From Lama guanicoe (taxonomy: Eukaryota), in contig MU053934.1 in the NCBI GenBank assembly GCA_013239625.1, positions 7,771,352-7,835,351 of the forward strand: a stretch of 64,000 nt of DNA, read 5' to 3'. Below are positions 1-13,470 of this stretch, piece after piece (the first letter of the stretch is position 1; every line of letters starts with the position of its first letter). Made by a program: the position numbers and the translations under genes. The notes below the pieces were generated by a model, which saw only the letters and a list, made by a program, of their open reading frames with translations, ran no database searches and was not told the origin of the DNA.

Positions 1-1329
1 GCTGTCAGGAGACAGGTTCTCGGCCCCCCCAGATCTGACAGGTGGCGCCTTCTGCTCTGCCCCTCAAAGACCAGAGCTGCAGAATCGAAACCCACTGCGG
101 GGCAACAGGGTGTCAACAGCAGCTGTGAGCCATCAGCTCTTTCTGCTTTGGTGCCAGCCTTTCTGGCATGTGGGGCAAGGACCCAGGAGCAGGCACCTTT
201 GGCCATCTATGAAGATGACCGTGGCTCACTGGCCTGGGCATGGCTTGTGTGCGTGTTGAAGTGAACAAGCTGGGGATGTGCGTGGTGCAGTGTGGGAACC
301 AGAGAGAAAGGGAGGGGGCGCAGGTGTGGCTGTGTTGCCTGGGGGCTCGGGGGAGCGGCGCTGGATTCCAAGATCATCCCCAGGACCCGCCTGGGGACCC
401 GGGCAGGAGTGCGTGCTGGGAGTTCTGACAGCTCCGCACACACAGCCCGCCCCAGCTCTGCGCAGGAGCCTGTCCCAGCACGGCTGGTACAAGCGGTTAG
501 ACAGAACGCCGCGGCCCCAGGCATCGGGGGGCTCTGAAACAGATTGGTTGCTTTTTTTGAAAAATAACTTTATATTTTGAAAACAATTATACATGAATTA
601 TTCATTGCAAATTCCTCCTGCTTAGTCCTTCATAAAAACATATGTAAAAGATGGTAAGAAAATGTCTGTAAGCAAATGTTTCACAGCCTGGAGGGCTGAG
701 AATCACCGGGAGGTGGGGCATGCCTTAAGCAGCCTGCCCAGAGGTTGCAGGCGTGCATCGCCTGCACAGAGCACCACAAAGGACAGGATACCCAGAGAGC
801 GTCATTGCCAGCAGGGGTGCTGAGCCCTTCTCAAACATCAGAGGCTCTAATGCCTCCCCCCCTCACACCAGTCATCTCTAAGATGAACAGGCAGCAATCG
901 ACTCGATTTATCACAACCCTTGGAAGCAGTCTGCAGTACAATGTAGGACTAAACTACAGCGTTTACAAAACAGATTTTCAAGTGTTTAACCATTCAAATC
1001 TTGTCCTTTGGTCTTTTCTAGGAGGCATGGTTCCCTAAGAAAGTTCCTCAAAGAATAACAAACTGTGACCTGGTGTATTCTGATTCACCAAATTGTCACT
1101 TCCACCATTCTGGGGACATGACTTAGATCGGAGGCTGATTCTTCCACAGGCGGCCACAGCATGTCATGGAATCGTCGCTGGGCTCTCTGGGTGAAGACAG
1201 GTGCTCCCGCAGGTGCCCAGTAACCGGAAGTTGAAGGAGTGATTCAGTCTTTCTGAGTCTGGCTCCTGCAGACCACCCTGTGCTTTGGGGGAACCACCCA
1301 GTCTCTGTGTGAGCACTACCTTGGCATCG

Positions 1330-3165
1330 TTTCTGTGGCGACTGATCTAGGGAGTATAATACACATCCTTAACTTTTCACAGTCTATTTAGTAATATTGA
1401 ACCATGTCACATGACACACAGGAACCTTGCAACCACGACGGTTTGTGCCCTGCCCGTCCTTTAAGCTGTAGGTGTCACTTTTTTACATCTACATATATTC
1501 TAAACCCAAGACAATGTTAAAATGTTTGCTTTAAGCACTCAAAGGCAGCTTTAATTAAGAAAAAATAGCCTTTTGTATTTAATTGGCTATTTACCATTTT
1601 TAATGTTCTTTTCTCCTTCATGATCATCTGAGTCTCCACCTAGTACCACGTTCCTTCAGCCTGAAGAACTTCCTAGCATTTCTCATAGTGAAGATCTGTC
1701 TGCAATGAATTATCTTAGTTTTTTTTTTAATCTGAAAACATCTTTATTTCACCTTCATTCTTAAAGGAGATTTTCGCTGGATGTAAATTCTGGGGTGGGA
1801 GATTTTTTGTTTGTTTTTGTTTCTGCCTTCCTCCCAGCATGTAAAAATGATTGTCCCACTGTCTTCTGGCCTCCACTGCTTCTGATAAGAGGTCCACGGT
1901 AATGCAAAGCATTGTTCCTCTTTTAATGTGTCATCTTTCACACACTGCTTTAAGACTGCTCTCTTTGCTTTTGGTGTTCAGTTTATCTATCATTTTCCTT
2001 ATATTTATCCTACTTGGGATTTTCTGTGCTCCTGAAATCTATACATGTAAACTTTTCACCAAAAATTGGGAAAGTTCAGCTATTATTTCTCCACGTATGT
2101 CTTCCTCCTTGGTCTTCCTTTCCTTGTGTGACTCCAATTACACCTGTGCTGGGCCTGTGACGTTATTCCACATGTCTCCGAGGCACTGGTCTATTTTAAA
2201 CTCTTTTTTACTTTTTTCCCTTTCTCTTCTTCAGTTTGTATAACTTCCATTGATCCACCTTCAAGCTCACTGGCTCTTCCTTTTGTCATTTCCATTCTGT
2301 GGTTAAGCCCATATGGTGAATTTTTATTTCAGATATTTTATTTTTCAGTTCTAGAATTTCCATCTGGTTCTTTTCATAAATTTTATTTCTCTGCTGAGAT
2401 TTCCTATACTTTCATTCATGATGAATATACTTTCCTTTGCATCACTGAGCATAGTTAGAATAGTTACTTTAAGGACTTGGCTAATTCTAACATCTGGATC
2501 ATCTCACAGTCTTTTCTCTTGAAAAAGGCCACATTTTCCTATTTCTCCATATGTTGAGTAAATCTGGATGGTATTCTGGACATAATGAAGGTTCTGGTGT
2601 GGAGATTTTGGATTCTGTTACATTTTGTTTATTTGCGTGAGTAGGCAGTAGACCGGCTGGACTCTGTCTCTTGGGCAGCAGTTTAAATCTCAGTTTGGTT
2701 CTTTCATCCTCATTTAGTCTCTTTGCAACCTGCCCTGCTCTTGTATGGTTTGAGGTCAGCCAAAGATCTGGGCAGAATTTGTGAACAGAACTTGGAGCAT
2801 GCACTCTCTGGCATGCACTCTCCCTTTGCTGTGCAATGGCATTAGTGAGTCAGACCGCTCTCTGCTCTCCTCCTCTTCAGGCTGGAGAGGCTGCTGGATT
2901 TCCATCAAAGTTTTATCTACCTTACGTGGCACCAACTTCAGCCTTCACCCAGGTGAAAAGCTAAAAAAGAGCAACCTTACACTATGCTATTCCCACTCCC
3001 AAGAGTGGACTCCTCTCCAGAATCTGTCTGCTTAGTTCCATTCTCCAGGGCCTTACTTACTGAACACTGCTATCTCTGGGAAGGTTGGTCTGGTAGAGGT
3101 TTATTCAGCCATATGGGAAGCAGAATTCCCCATAATGCTTGCTTGGTTGCTACAGCAGGCACAGC
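1330..3165 (-). mobile_element. Old LINE-1 fragment (5'UTR/ORF1/inter-ORF)
   Basis: Minus-strand ORF remnants such as DLLSEAVEARRQWD...LHPAKISFKNEGEIKMFSD match the L1 ORF1p C-terminus; T-rich on + strand; degenerate. Confidence 0.85.
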
Positions 3166-3185
3166 CTTAAAACCCAGCTACTGGT

Positions 3186-3303
3186 GGGGAACGCATAGCT
3201 CAGTGGTAGAGCACATGCCTTGCACGCACAAGGTCCTGGGTTCAATCCCCAGTACCTCCATTAAAATAAATAAATAAAACCTAATTACTCTCCCCTCAAA
3301 AAA
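3186..3303 (+). mobile_element. vic-1-type tRNA(Ala)-derived SINE (camelid)
   Basis: GGGGAACGCATAGCTCAGTGGTAGAG (A box), GGTTCAATCCC (B box), then tail ATTAAAATAAATAAATAAAACCTAATTACTCTCCCC. Confidence 0.88.
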
Positions 3304-6300
3304 GTATATAGTGCTGTATGTCAATTATATCTCAATGAAATCTGGAAGAAAAAAATTTTAAAGAAGGATTTAAAATAAATAAATAAACTCCAGCTTTCAC
3401 CAGCTCAGGGGAGGCCTTCCCATCTCTCCCAGCCTGAGTGACAGAACTCTGCTGTGAGCTTCCATGGCCCTTCGGCTGGCTTCTATCTTAGACAGTCCCT
3501 CATGTGGGGCCTCACACATGGCAGCCCCCCAGCAAACTGCTGTTGGGTAGAGACACTGCCAGCACTTCCTTTTCACCCTGGTACCCCAGGAGCACATAGT
3601 AGATACTCAATAAATGTTGAACGACAACTTCTGTTTCCCCCTTACTACTATACTTAGTAACATTCTCTTTTGAAAATATCAGTCTGCCTCAGTTAAGGGG
3701 AACCAAGGTTTATTCATAAGCCAGAGATTTAAAGGACACAATCCAAAGAGAAGGTAGAATTCAGGGGCACAAAATCTGGAGACTGCTTTTTCAGCCATTC
3801 CTCCCAAGCTGGAGAGCCTCTGATCTAAGATACTTGTGATAAAACCAAAGAGAGTTCTGGGTTTTACTTTTAATAAGTAATATTTTACTTCTATTTCTTG
3901 ACATATCCATTCATAGTCAAAGTGAAACAGGCAAAAAAGTCTTCTCTAGAAAGTCAGACTTACCCCATCTCCCACCTTCCACTCCCCCATCCCAACGACA
4001 CCTGCTCTTCCAGCTCCTCTCCCCCTATTAGCTGCCACAGTCTTCCAGAATGCGGAAATAATTGGAGAATTCCAATCATCAAGACTATCTGATCACATGC
4101 AAGTCTGGCGCTAGGCATGATAGTAACATGGCTGGAAAAGATTATGGAACTTTCAAAACAGATCTGTCCCTGAATAGAACGTTGAAACTCTTTTGGCAAA
4201 AGCTTCTCAGAATATTCAGACACACACACCTGATTGTCCCTGTGGCCCCAGCAAGACAGAGTGTTCAAAGCTGAGGCAAACCCACAGAGAGGCAAACAGG
4301 ATGTTGTCCCTTGCACAGGCCACAGTGTATTTAGTTTGAGATGCTGTTGCCTGTTACGAGTGCAGGTAAAGAAAGGGGATTTCCTTTTTGTTTCTTAAGT
4401 GACAGGAATACTGCAAAGAATGAAATGGATGTGCTCAGAGGTCGTGGAGCATCTCAGATAAAAGCTCCTTGTGTGAGAACACTGATGGTGGGCAGACGTT
4501 GGGTGGGGGTGGGGGGCTGTTCTGGAGACGGTGGCTCAGATGTGGGAGTTAAGGCTGGTGAGCATTCCCAGCCCCGAGTCCCAGCATCAGTGGCCTCATG
4601 ACCAGGGCGAGAGCTGGCTTCAGAGGTGTAAACACTGACTCCGGAGTCATGGAAGCTTCAAAAGTGTCACCGAGAAAGAGAATGTGACTGCAGATCTCCT
4701 AGGTGCTGGCCACTGTCCTCAGTGACTTCCACTCACTCTTATTTAAACATCACAACTCCTCAGTGGAAACATGACCAATTCGATCGCACGAACGAGGAGA
4801 TCAAAGTCCTTGAAGGCTAATAAGCCATCTTTTCGCTAGGAAGACCCAGCAGGAAGTGGTGGAGCAGAGGTCTGAACACGAGTCAGCCGGACACCATGAG
4901 ACATCACCGTCTCACGACTTGGCACTGGGGGAGCTGGGGGAGACCAGCCCCCACATTCACAGCGCTGCTAGCAGCTGAGGAGACGCAAGCACCCGCCCCC
5001 AAGGTCAAGCCTGAGTACAGAGACACCCAGATAACTGCTGGGGGTACCGCCCGGGGATGCCTGGCAGCCCATGACAACAACGCAGCCGTGGTGGCTGAGT
5101 CTGGGCTCACAGCTGAGGCTCGGGCTCTACAAATAACAGCAGTGGGGGCTCCTTCTAGCCAGCCGCACGCTGAAAAGCGCCAGTCCCACGCCAGGAGCCG
5201 CCTGCAGTCTGCAGAGAGAGCAGCCCTTTGTGGACCACGTGTCTGGAACCGGGCGACAACAGGGACAGAGACACTACGAGCCAGTGACTGCATAACCAAG
5301 CACCCAAACTGTGGTGATTTGTGCAACAACTAAACATTTATTCCTGCACTAGTGGGTCTGCAGGTCAAGTGCAGTGTGGCCGGTGTGAGATGGGCTTGGC
5401 TGGACGTTTCTGAGTCAGGCTGCAGGTCGGGGTTCACTGCGTTCATTCTGGGGACCAAGCTAAGGCACAGCCGCTGCCCCGGGCGAGCTCTCCTAACAGC
5501 AGATGGCTGGGCCCCAGGCCAGACCACACCACGCGAGCAGGTCTAAGGCTGCTGCTCAGGGCACATCCGCCACACTCCATGTCAAGTATGGGCACAACCC
5601 AGCCCAGCGTCGTGAGGTAAGGGACGCATCCACTGAGAAGGTGAGCAACCGTGAGGGAGGGGAAGGAAGACAGAGTGACGGCAGGTGGGCGAGCTCTGAG
5701 GTCCTTTCCAGCTCCTCGAGTCTATGGGATTCTGCAAGCTTGGTGGCCGTGTTGTGACCTCTAGGAAGATACCATGACCACACCCAGCCACCCCCCCAGT
5801 CTACAAGTTTCTTGTCCGTAGGCCAGACCTGTCTGGTCCACCTGATCTAACTCCACCCAGCCCGTCAGCGCTGCTACTGAACCACGTTTCCAAAAACGAT
5901 CCAACCTCCCACCTTCTGGACCGTTCAGACAGACCGATGGTTTGGTAACAACCACCACCAAGTTGTACAACAGTGGGTTTTTCTTTTCTGCTTTGCTGCA
6001 GGCATGATGATGACAATGAAAACAATGGCGATGATTTACTTTAGTGGTTTTTTAAAAAATATATTATCCCCATAGAACACAACAAGACTAAAGTTGTGTT
6101 TCGATGGCTCAGAATGACAAAATGCTGAGTCTAAACGCAACCTTCAGAAACTGAAATGAGCATAGAGGACCAGGCGACCTGACAGTTTCCAGTATCAAGG
6201 GGAAACCCAGGGGCGACTAGTAAACCGACCAGACATGTCTAGCCTTGGGGGCAAATACCCAGAACCTAGCACACTTTTGCACACGTGTAAAATCTTAAAG

Positions 6301-6624
6301 AGTGTTCCACGAACGAATGAGCCCAGTACTTCAGTGACAAATTGTGAAGATTGCAGATGAAAGCAGACAAGCCACTCCTCCCTCACAGGAGGCTGTTCTC
6401 AAGGCCTGGAGTCGCACTTGTTGTTCAAAGGACAGGTGGGGACAAACCACGGGGCCCAAAGTCAAGCACAAAGTCAAGTGCAGCAGGAAAAGCTGCCCCT
6501 GGGTGGCCACACCCTCCCCTGTGCCTGTCTGTTTCTCTCTTCTCAATTTCAAAAGCAGGTACCTTTTGATACATAAGCTTAATAAAAAGTCCACTTATGG
6601 TCCTAATAATGCACTTGGGGGTAA

Positions 6625-7225
6625 CTGGATAAAGTTTACGTGGAAAAATATAAACCTGGCCTGAGAGTAGCCAAGAAAATATAAAAAGGAAGAAAAATAA
6701 GGAAAATAAGGAATGATCTGTTGTACAAAACTGAAAAAAAACCCCACAAAAAACCATATTGCTCTGATACAGAATACCATGTATAGATCAGTGTAACAAA
6801 ATGGGAATTTCCAGCTGTAGACCCTAGTATGATGAGAATTTCACAAATGACAGAAACAAGATATGGAAGAGCCCTGTCTTACCCCACATACAAAAATCAA
6901 TTCCATATGGATTAAGCATTCACTTTTTAAAAAATAAAGCAGTAAAGATTCTTGCAAGAAAATCTGGGAGATTATCTGTAAAATATAGGAGGGAGGCCTG
7001 GGTGGGGGTGGGGTGGGGTAGAAGAATGAAACCGTATTGACCAAGACTACAAACCCAGAATTTATTTTAAAAAGAAAAAGAAAAGAGGAAGAAGTGATAG
7101 ATATATTTGTTAGTATAAAAATGTAAAACATTTTAATGGCAAGAGATGTAATAAAACAAAGAGACAAATGATAGATTTTGAAAATATATTTGTAGTGCAG
7201 AAGGCAAAGGCTTAATAGACTATTA
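6625..7225 (+). mobile_element. Ancient L1 (L1ME-like) ORF2 3' fragment
   Basis: A-rich, with recognisable L1 3'-ORF2 motifs (ccccacatacaaaaatcaattccatatggattaag). Confidence 0.7.
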
Positions 7226-7352
7226 ATTAATTCAGGAGATACTGGGGATGCCTATATGCCAGGCACTGTTCAAGCCACCAGGGATACAAGAGTGACTAAA
7301 ACAGCAAAGTCCCTGCCCTCAGGTGCCAGGCCCTACTGGAACGGTTCACATC

Positions 7353-7821
7353 TGGTCTCGAGCTGAACTGTGTCCCCCAGAGATATGCTGATGTCTTAAC
7401 CCAGGTTCCTGGGGACGTGACCTTTAATGGAAGCAAGTCCTTTGTGGATGCAGTCGGGTTACGATGAGGTCATACTGCATTGGGGTGGGCCCTAAATCCA
7501 ACAACTGGAGTCCTTACAAGAGGAGGGAAGTCTGGACATAGACACACACAGAGGAGGACACCGTAGGAAGAAACAGAGACACAGAAGGAAGAGGCCAGAA
7601 ATCAGAATGATGGCAGCTACCAAGCCGAGGGAAGACGGGGACTGCCAGCATCGGCCAGGAGCTGGGCCAGGCAAGGAAGCTCTCCCTGCAACCCTCAGAG
7701 GAAGCACGACTCTGCCAACACCTCGATTTCGGGCTTCCAGCCTCCTGTGGGAGACAGATTTGTGTTGTTTTAAGCCACCCAGTTTGTGGAATTTGATACA
7801 AACCTCTAGGAAACGAATACA
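7353..7821 (+). mobile_element. MaLR solo LTR (MLT1B/C-like)
   Basis: gctgaactgtgtccccc...gttgttttaagccacccagtttgtgg...ctaggaaacgaataca, the typical MLT1 termini. Confidence 0.85.
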
Positions 7822-7824
7822 TGT

Positions 7825-8005
7825 ATATCAGCTCATTTAATGCTTCTAACAATCCTACCATGTAGCTACTAAAATGATCTCCAGTTAGGTATAAGGAAAC
7901 TGAGGCTCAGAGGGGTTTGCCCAACGGCACACAGTTGCTAAGTAACAGAGCGGGATTCGAACCCTGGCAGCCTGGCTCCAGAGTCAGCATTTTGAACCAC
8001 AATTC
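7825..8005 (-). mobile_element. MIR SINE
   Basis: MIR core gaaactgaggctcagagggg...gggattcgaaccctggcagcctggctccagag. Confidence 0.8.
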
Positions 8006-8359
8006 TACAATGCTTCCAAACTGACTAGATTTGTTCCAAAAATATTGAGCACTTCTTTTGCGCCGGGTCCTGTTTTAGATGCTGGGGACAGGGCAAAGAA
8101 TGAAAGGGGCAGATAGCTGCCCTTGTAGCACGTACCTCTTGGGGAGGAGGGCAGGGCTGCAGGAAGCAGTGCCCCTGGGAGAGAAGCAGGCTGGAGCTGA
8201 TGCAAAAGGGAAAGGGTCAGTGAAGAGCTGGGGCAGCCGGGAGTAGAGGCTGGGGCTGGAGGGAGAGAGATACAGACCCTTGCGGGGAGAGAGTCCCGGG
8301 GCGACGATCTAGAGGATGGGGGTGGAGTGGGAGTCCTGGGCTTCTCATGAGGACAGGGA

Positions 8360-11300
8360 TAAATAACAATGTCTACAGTAAACAAATATCTCTTATAAGT
8401 CACAGCAGGCAAAGGATGTGAATAGGCAAATCACAGAAGAACAACTCTTAGTGGCAAAAAAACAAAAAAAAACAAAAAAAACCCAGCCCATGCATTCACT
8501 AGTAGTCAGGGAAATAAATGCAAATTAAAGTTAAACTGAGCTATCACTTTTAAACTATCAGACCAGCAAAAATTAAAAAGAGCTATAATGCTATATAACA
8601 GGGGTTAGAGAAAAAGACACTCTCATACACAGCTGTTACAAATACGAAATGCTACAGTGGATTTAAAGAAAAGCACACAGACAACATGTGTTAAAATAAA
8701 AATATATATTATCTTCAACCAAGCCATCCTACTCCCGGGAATCCACCCCGTGAAGATGGAGGCATTAATATGTAGAGATATGTAAAGAACAATTGTTTAA
8801 AGAGGAAGAAAAAGAGAAAAAGAAGTGAGTGCCCATCAAAAAGGGAAGGGTTGCTGTTCAGCTTGCAGACCTTTGCTTCCATTGTGAACAAACAGAAAAG
8901 CCAGGGAAAACACAGCAAAACAGCAGAACATCTGTCTGAAGTAGAGAGCGCTGCCAATACAACCAGGCCTCAAAGGGACACAAGCCTGAGAGAAGGGCGG
9001 GAAGAGGGTCGCGCACCCATTCCGGGAGCAGGGCGAGGGCTCAGCATTGGGGCTGAGGCCCAGGCAGGCGGTCGCTAACAGCAGACAGGGAAACAGGTAG
9101 AGCCCGTGATAAGCTCGTGGGGCCACAGGGACCAAAGTCAGAGACCTGAATGGTCAGGCTGCTGGTGAGAAGGGAAAACAGAGAACTGAGCCTGGCACTG
9201 CCAGTTTTCTCAAGATATTTGCTGAATTTGGAAGCCATGTGGGGCTGAAGACTAAGAATCAAGGCAGAAAGTTTAAGAAAAGCTTACCTTTTTTTTTGTT
9301 GTTGTTTTTTGTTTTTTTTTTGATCACCTTGTTGTGGTCCTGAGGAAACTAAGGTTAGATAGAGTTCAGGATTTCTCAGGGGTTACGGCTCAGAGAATAA
9401 CCAGGCTCTGAGTTAAAAACTTTAAAGACCACCCTCTAGAAACAGGAGTTTAAAAAAAAAGCCAGAAAGGGGGAGTATAGCTCAGTGGTAGAGCACGTCC
9501 TCAGCATGCATGAGGTCCTGGGTTCAATCCCCAGTAACTCCACTAAAATTTTAAAAAAAAGGCAAACGGGGCCTTGAAAAACTGCAATCCAGCCTCAAGT
9601 CAACTCAGTCCCTAACTGGCTTAAGGTCATCAGTCCCTAATCTCCCTGCTTAGCAAAGGAAAGGAGATTGGAAAAAAGTGGAACAGAAGATTAATGAACT
9701 GGAAGACAGGACTGAAGCACTGAGAGAGAAATGATGGGAAATGCATCACAGAATGAAGGAGAGAAGTGGGTACTGTGACCAGGCCTAACACACATGACTG
9801 GAGTCCAAGAGGAATCGAGAGAACGGGGTACAAGTAAAAGGAGAAGGAATAACGGCTGAGAATTTTTCACAAAAATTTTTGTTCAAACACAACAACTTAC
9901 AGATTCAAGAACTGTGAAGCCCAGCAGGATGCATATAAAGTAAGGCACACTTAGCCACACCCAGTAAAACCGCTGAGCGTCAAGGACAAAGAGGAAACGC
10001 TTAGAAGCTGCTAAAGACAGAAAAAAAAAAAAAAAAAATTCCATACAAACATGCAACAGTAAGACGGCTGGTTTGTTTAACAACAGAACAGACAGAAGCC
10101 AGAGACAACAGAATGATAGCTTTCAAATGCTAGAAGACACTGCCAACCTAAAACACTATTCCCAGCTAAAATATCTTTCAAAAGTAAGAGCAGAATTCTT
10201 CTTTCAGTTTCAACATGTAAAGAGCTTTTAAGTCATCACTTCCATCCTTCCAACAAGAAAAAACCAAACTGAAAATCAGTGACTTCTCTTAGAACCACCA
10301 GAGAAATGTGAAGTCTGGAGCAGAGGATGGACACAGGATCACAGCCAAGATCAGCTCCCCTGGAGCGGAAGCCACTGCGGCCACAAACTGGTGGGAACGG
10401 GGAAGTGGTGATTTTGACAAAGTGCTGGAGCCTGAGTGAGGATTATCTTGAGAAGGAGAAACCCCGAGGGGCCCCGTCCCGGGCTGGGTACGCTTTCCTG
10501 GATTTTAACCCCAGGAACTCCACTCCAAGAAAAATCCCCGGTGCGTCAGGGAATGTGGGAAAGTGGGAGTAAATAAGAAGGAGAAAAGAAGTAACAGAGG
10601 TAGGAGCAGAAAGCAAAGAAATAAAATACGGATCAAGTATGTGAAAAATCAGTGAAACCACAGCTTATTCGATAAAAAGAGCAATAAAAGCGATACGTCT
10701 CTAGCCAGACTATTCAAGAAACAAAGAGAAAAGATTAAAAGTTAACTAATATCAGGAGTGAAAATGAAACCTTATTAAGGATTATAAAGACACGCACTGG
10801 ATAACGAGGCAGGAGTCCATACCGATACAAGCAAATAACTGAACAAATCAGCCGGTGCGAGAGAAGAGACAACTCTCCAGGCAGAAGGGTTCCGAGTAAC
10901 TTGTGCGGATACTCTGCCCTTACAGGGGCGGCGCACGGGCATTCCCCACTCCTTGCATGTGGGCTGCGCGTAGTGACTTTTTTCCAAAGAGCAGAGCATG
11001 CAAAGAGAGAGGAAAAAAAGATTAGGTTCATAGTGGAGAAGCCTAAAAACACACCTCGGCCAGGGCATCAGGGTCAACATCAGGGTGTAAGTCAGGCTGA
11101 CGGCACGTTCCTGATGTGATGTACAGAAGGGCACTTCACTGTGGTCTTCCTCCCCCAAATGTTGCCCCAGTCTAATCATGGGGAACACATCAGAGCAGTC
11201 CCAACAGAGGGACATTCTACAAAATATCTCACCAGTACCCCTCAGAGCTGTCAGGTCGCCAAAAACAGGGAAAGTCTGAGAAACTCAGAGCCAGGAGGAG

Positions 11301-13470
11301 CCTAAGGAGACATGATGACTAAACGTGATGTGGGATCCCGGATGGGGTCCTGGACAGAAGGAGGGTGTGAGGTTAAATCTAAGGAACCCTGATAAACTAT
11401 GGAAAGTCAGAGAGCTGGTCGCCAGGACATTTACATCAAAGGAGGACAAAAGGCAGGTATTTGGGCAGAATGAAAATGAGCCCAGGTGCAGGCACACAAA
11501 AAGGTAAGGTGGCCAGGACAACAGCACGGGTAAATGTGGAGGCACACGACGGCCTACTTAACCACACAAAATAGTGTCTAGTGGGCTTTAGTGCAGATGC
11601 GAAATTTAACTGCATGACGACAACAGCGTGAAAGAGAGGAAGGGGTGAGTGAAAGTGAAGTATTTTTATTCTAGCAGTAGATAGAAAGAGTTATATTTAA
11701 CTACACATAAGATGACAAGGGTGCATGTCACAATCTCCAGGGCAGCCTCTAAAGACTGACAGGAGAACGTATTCCCCAAAAAGCTGACACAGGGGAAAAT
11801 GGAATGATAGAAATAGTTAATCTAAAAAGAAGGCAAGAAAGGACAGGAAAAGATGCATGAGACAGCTGGGTCAAATAGAAAAAAATAGCAAGATGTTAGA
11901 TATAAAATCAGCTATACCAGTAACTGAATATGAAATGGACTGAGTACTCCAAGTAGAAGACTGAGACTGTCACATTCTAGCTTTTAAAAATCAGCTATAT
12001 GCTGTCCATATGAAAGTTACTTCAAATATAAGCACCCAGAAAGCTCGATGTAAAAGGACAGAAGAGGATATACTACGCTAACATGAGCCAAAAGAAAGCA
12101 GAAGCAACTATTATCAGACAAAAATAGACTTGAAGGCAAGTAGCATTACTCTGTGTCAAGAGAGTCATGTCATAATGATAAAGGAGACAACCACGGGAAG
12201 TTTCAGCAATTCTAAGTCTACGTGTACCCAATAATTTAGCTTCAAAGTGACTAAAACAATAATCAACAGAATTAAAAGGGATCTCACTAGACAAGTCCAC
12301 AATCAGATAGGAGACCTCAACACACTTCTCTCACTAGCTAATGGGATGAGCGGGCAAAAATCTGATAAGGATACAGAAGTTCTGAAAAACACAGTAAGAT
12401 CAAACTAATTGACACACTTAGAAAATTAAAGGTCCATGATGAGGGCACATTCTTTTCAACTGCTTCTGGAACATTTACCAAAATTGTCTCTATATCAGGT
12501 CATAATCCAAGCCTCGGTATATTTCAAAGGATCAATGAAAGTCATTTAGGCTTTAAGATCTACTCTCTAATCACAATGGAATCAACTTTAAAATCAACAA
12601 TACAACGTAAACTAGAAAATCCCAGCTGTGTGGAAACTACACAACAAATCATCAGACAGAAGAAGAAATCACAAGGGAAATTATAAAACATTTTGAACTA
12701 AATGACAATGAAAATGGGATCTACTGAAACCTGCATGACGTGGCCACGCCTGCCCCCCGGGGGCAATGGACAGCCATCAGCTCATGCCTTAGAGACGCAA
12801 AGGCTGAGGAGCAGCGACCCAACATTCTGTCTCAGGAGATGAGAAAAAGAAAATCAAGTCAAATCCCCGTCCGGGAGGAGGAAGAAAATAACGGCGGTAA
12901 CAGCAGAAATACAGAAATACGAAACAAACACACAAAGAAAAGTAACAAAGTTGTTACTTTGAAAAGACAAAACTGACAGGCCTCAACTTCTGCTTTTGGG
13001 GAGGATGGAGCAGTTCATAGAAGGCAAATACTCCCAAAGACAACAATTAAAGATAATAAAAAGGCGCCAGAAAGCTGCGGAAACCATGAGGTCTGTAGGG
13101 ACTAGGATTCCAAGATCGGAAAGACCGACCCTTCAGAGGCGAATTGAGGCTATGCAGTTGCATTCTCCCTGGGAACAGCTGATGATTCTGGGAGTGGACT
13201 TTGGACCGAGAAACAGGTTTGGGCCAGGCAAACGGCCAGCCACTCCAGCGGAGCGTTCCCTGGTGGTGTGGCACTAACGTGGCAAAACTGGAGATGTGAG
13301 GGGGCATGCTCAAAGCGCAGCTGGCTTCCCCTTCTGACCTCTGGAACTGTTCAGGGCTGGAGTCTAAAGACCTAAATGGAAAACTTTCAAAAGCAAGATG
13401 CAGGCCCCCAGACTGTGGTACGCAGGAGGCAAAGGCCCGCCTGGGAGGAAGGCCCTGAGAACACAAAGGC
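8360..13470 (+). mobile_element. Cluster of nested L1 fragments (L1ME 3' end, L1M 5'UTR/ORF1, L1MC-type 3'UTR ~10790-11405, ORF2 endonuclease region ~11850-12975, L1ME-type 5'UTR ~12985-13470)
   Basis: A-rich + strand with L1 ORF1/ORF2 and UTR motifs (ggagacctcaacacacttctctca; ggcacttcactgtggtcttcctcccc); no intact ORF. Confidence 0.75.
9469..9560 (+). mobile_element. vic-1-type tRNA-derived SINE, inserted into the L1 cluster
   Basis: GGGGGAGTATAGCTCAGTGGTAGAG...GGGTTCAATCCCCAGT with an A tail. Confidence 0.88.

Noticed and set aside
3186..3260. tRNA-Ala-like gene (also 9469-9543)
   Set aside because: Poor acceptor-stem pairing, an A-rich SINE tail and no oligo-T terminator; these are vic-1 SINE heads.
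6000..6132. Box C/D snoRNA-like layout (AGGC-ATGATGA...CTGA-GTCT)
   Set aside because: Antisense to the host gene, kink-turn register is off, and no guide was recognised. An Rfam/snoReport hit would be needed.
7000..7018. G-quadruplex motif GGGTGGGGGTGGGGTGGGG (also ~22526-22560)
   Set aside because: Real motifs, but common in GC-rich introns, with nothing pointing to function.
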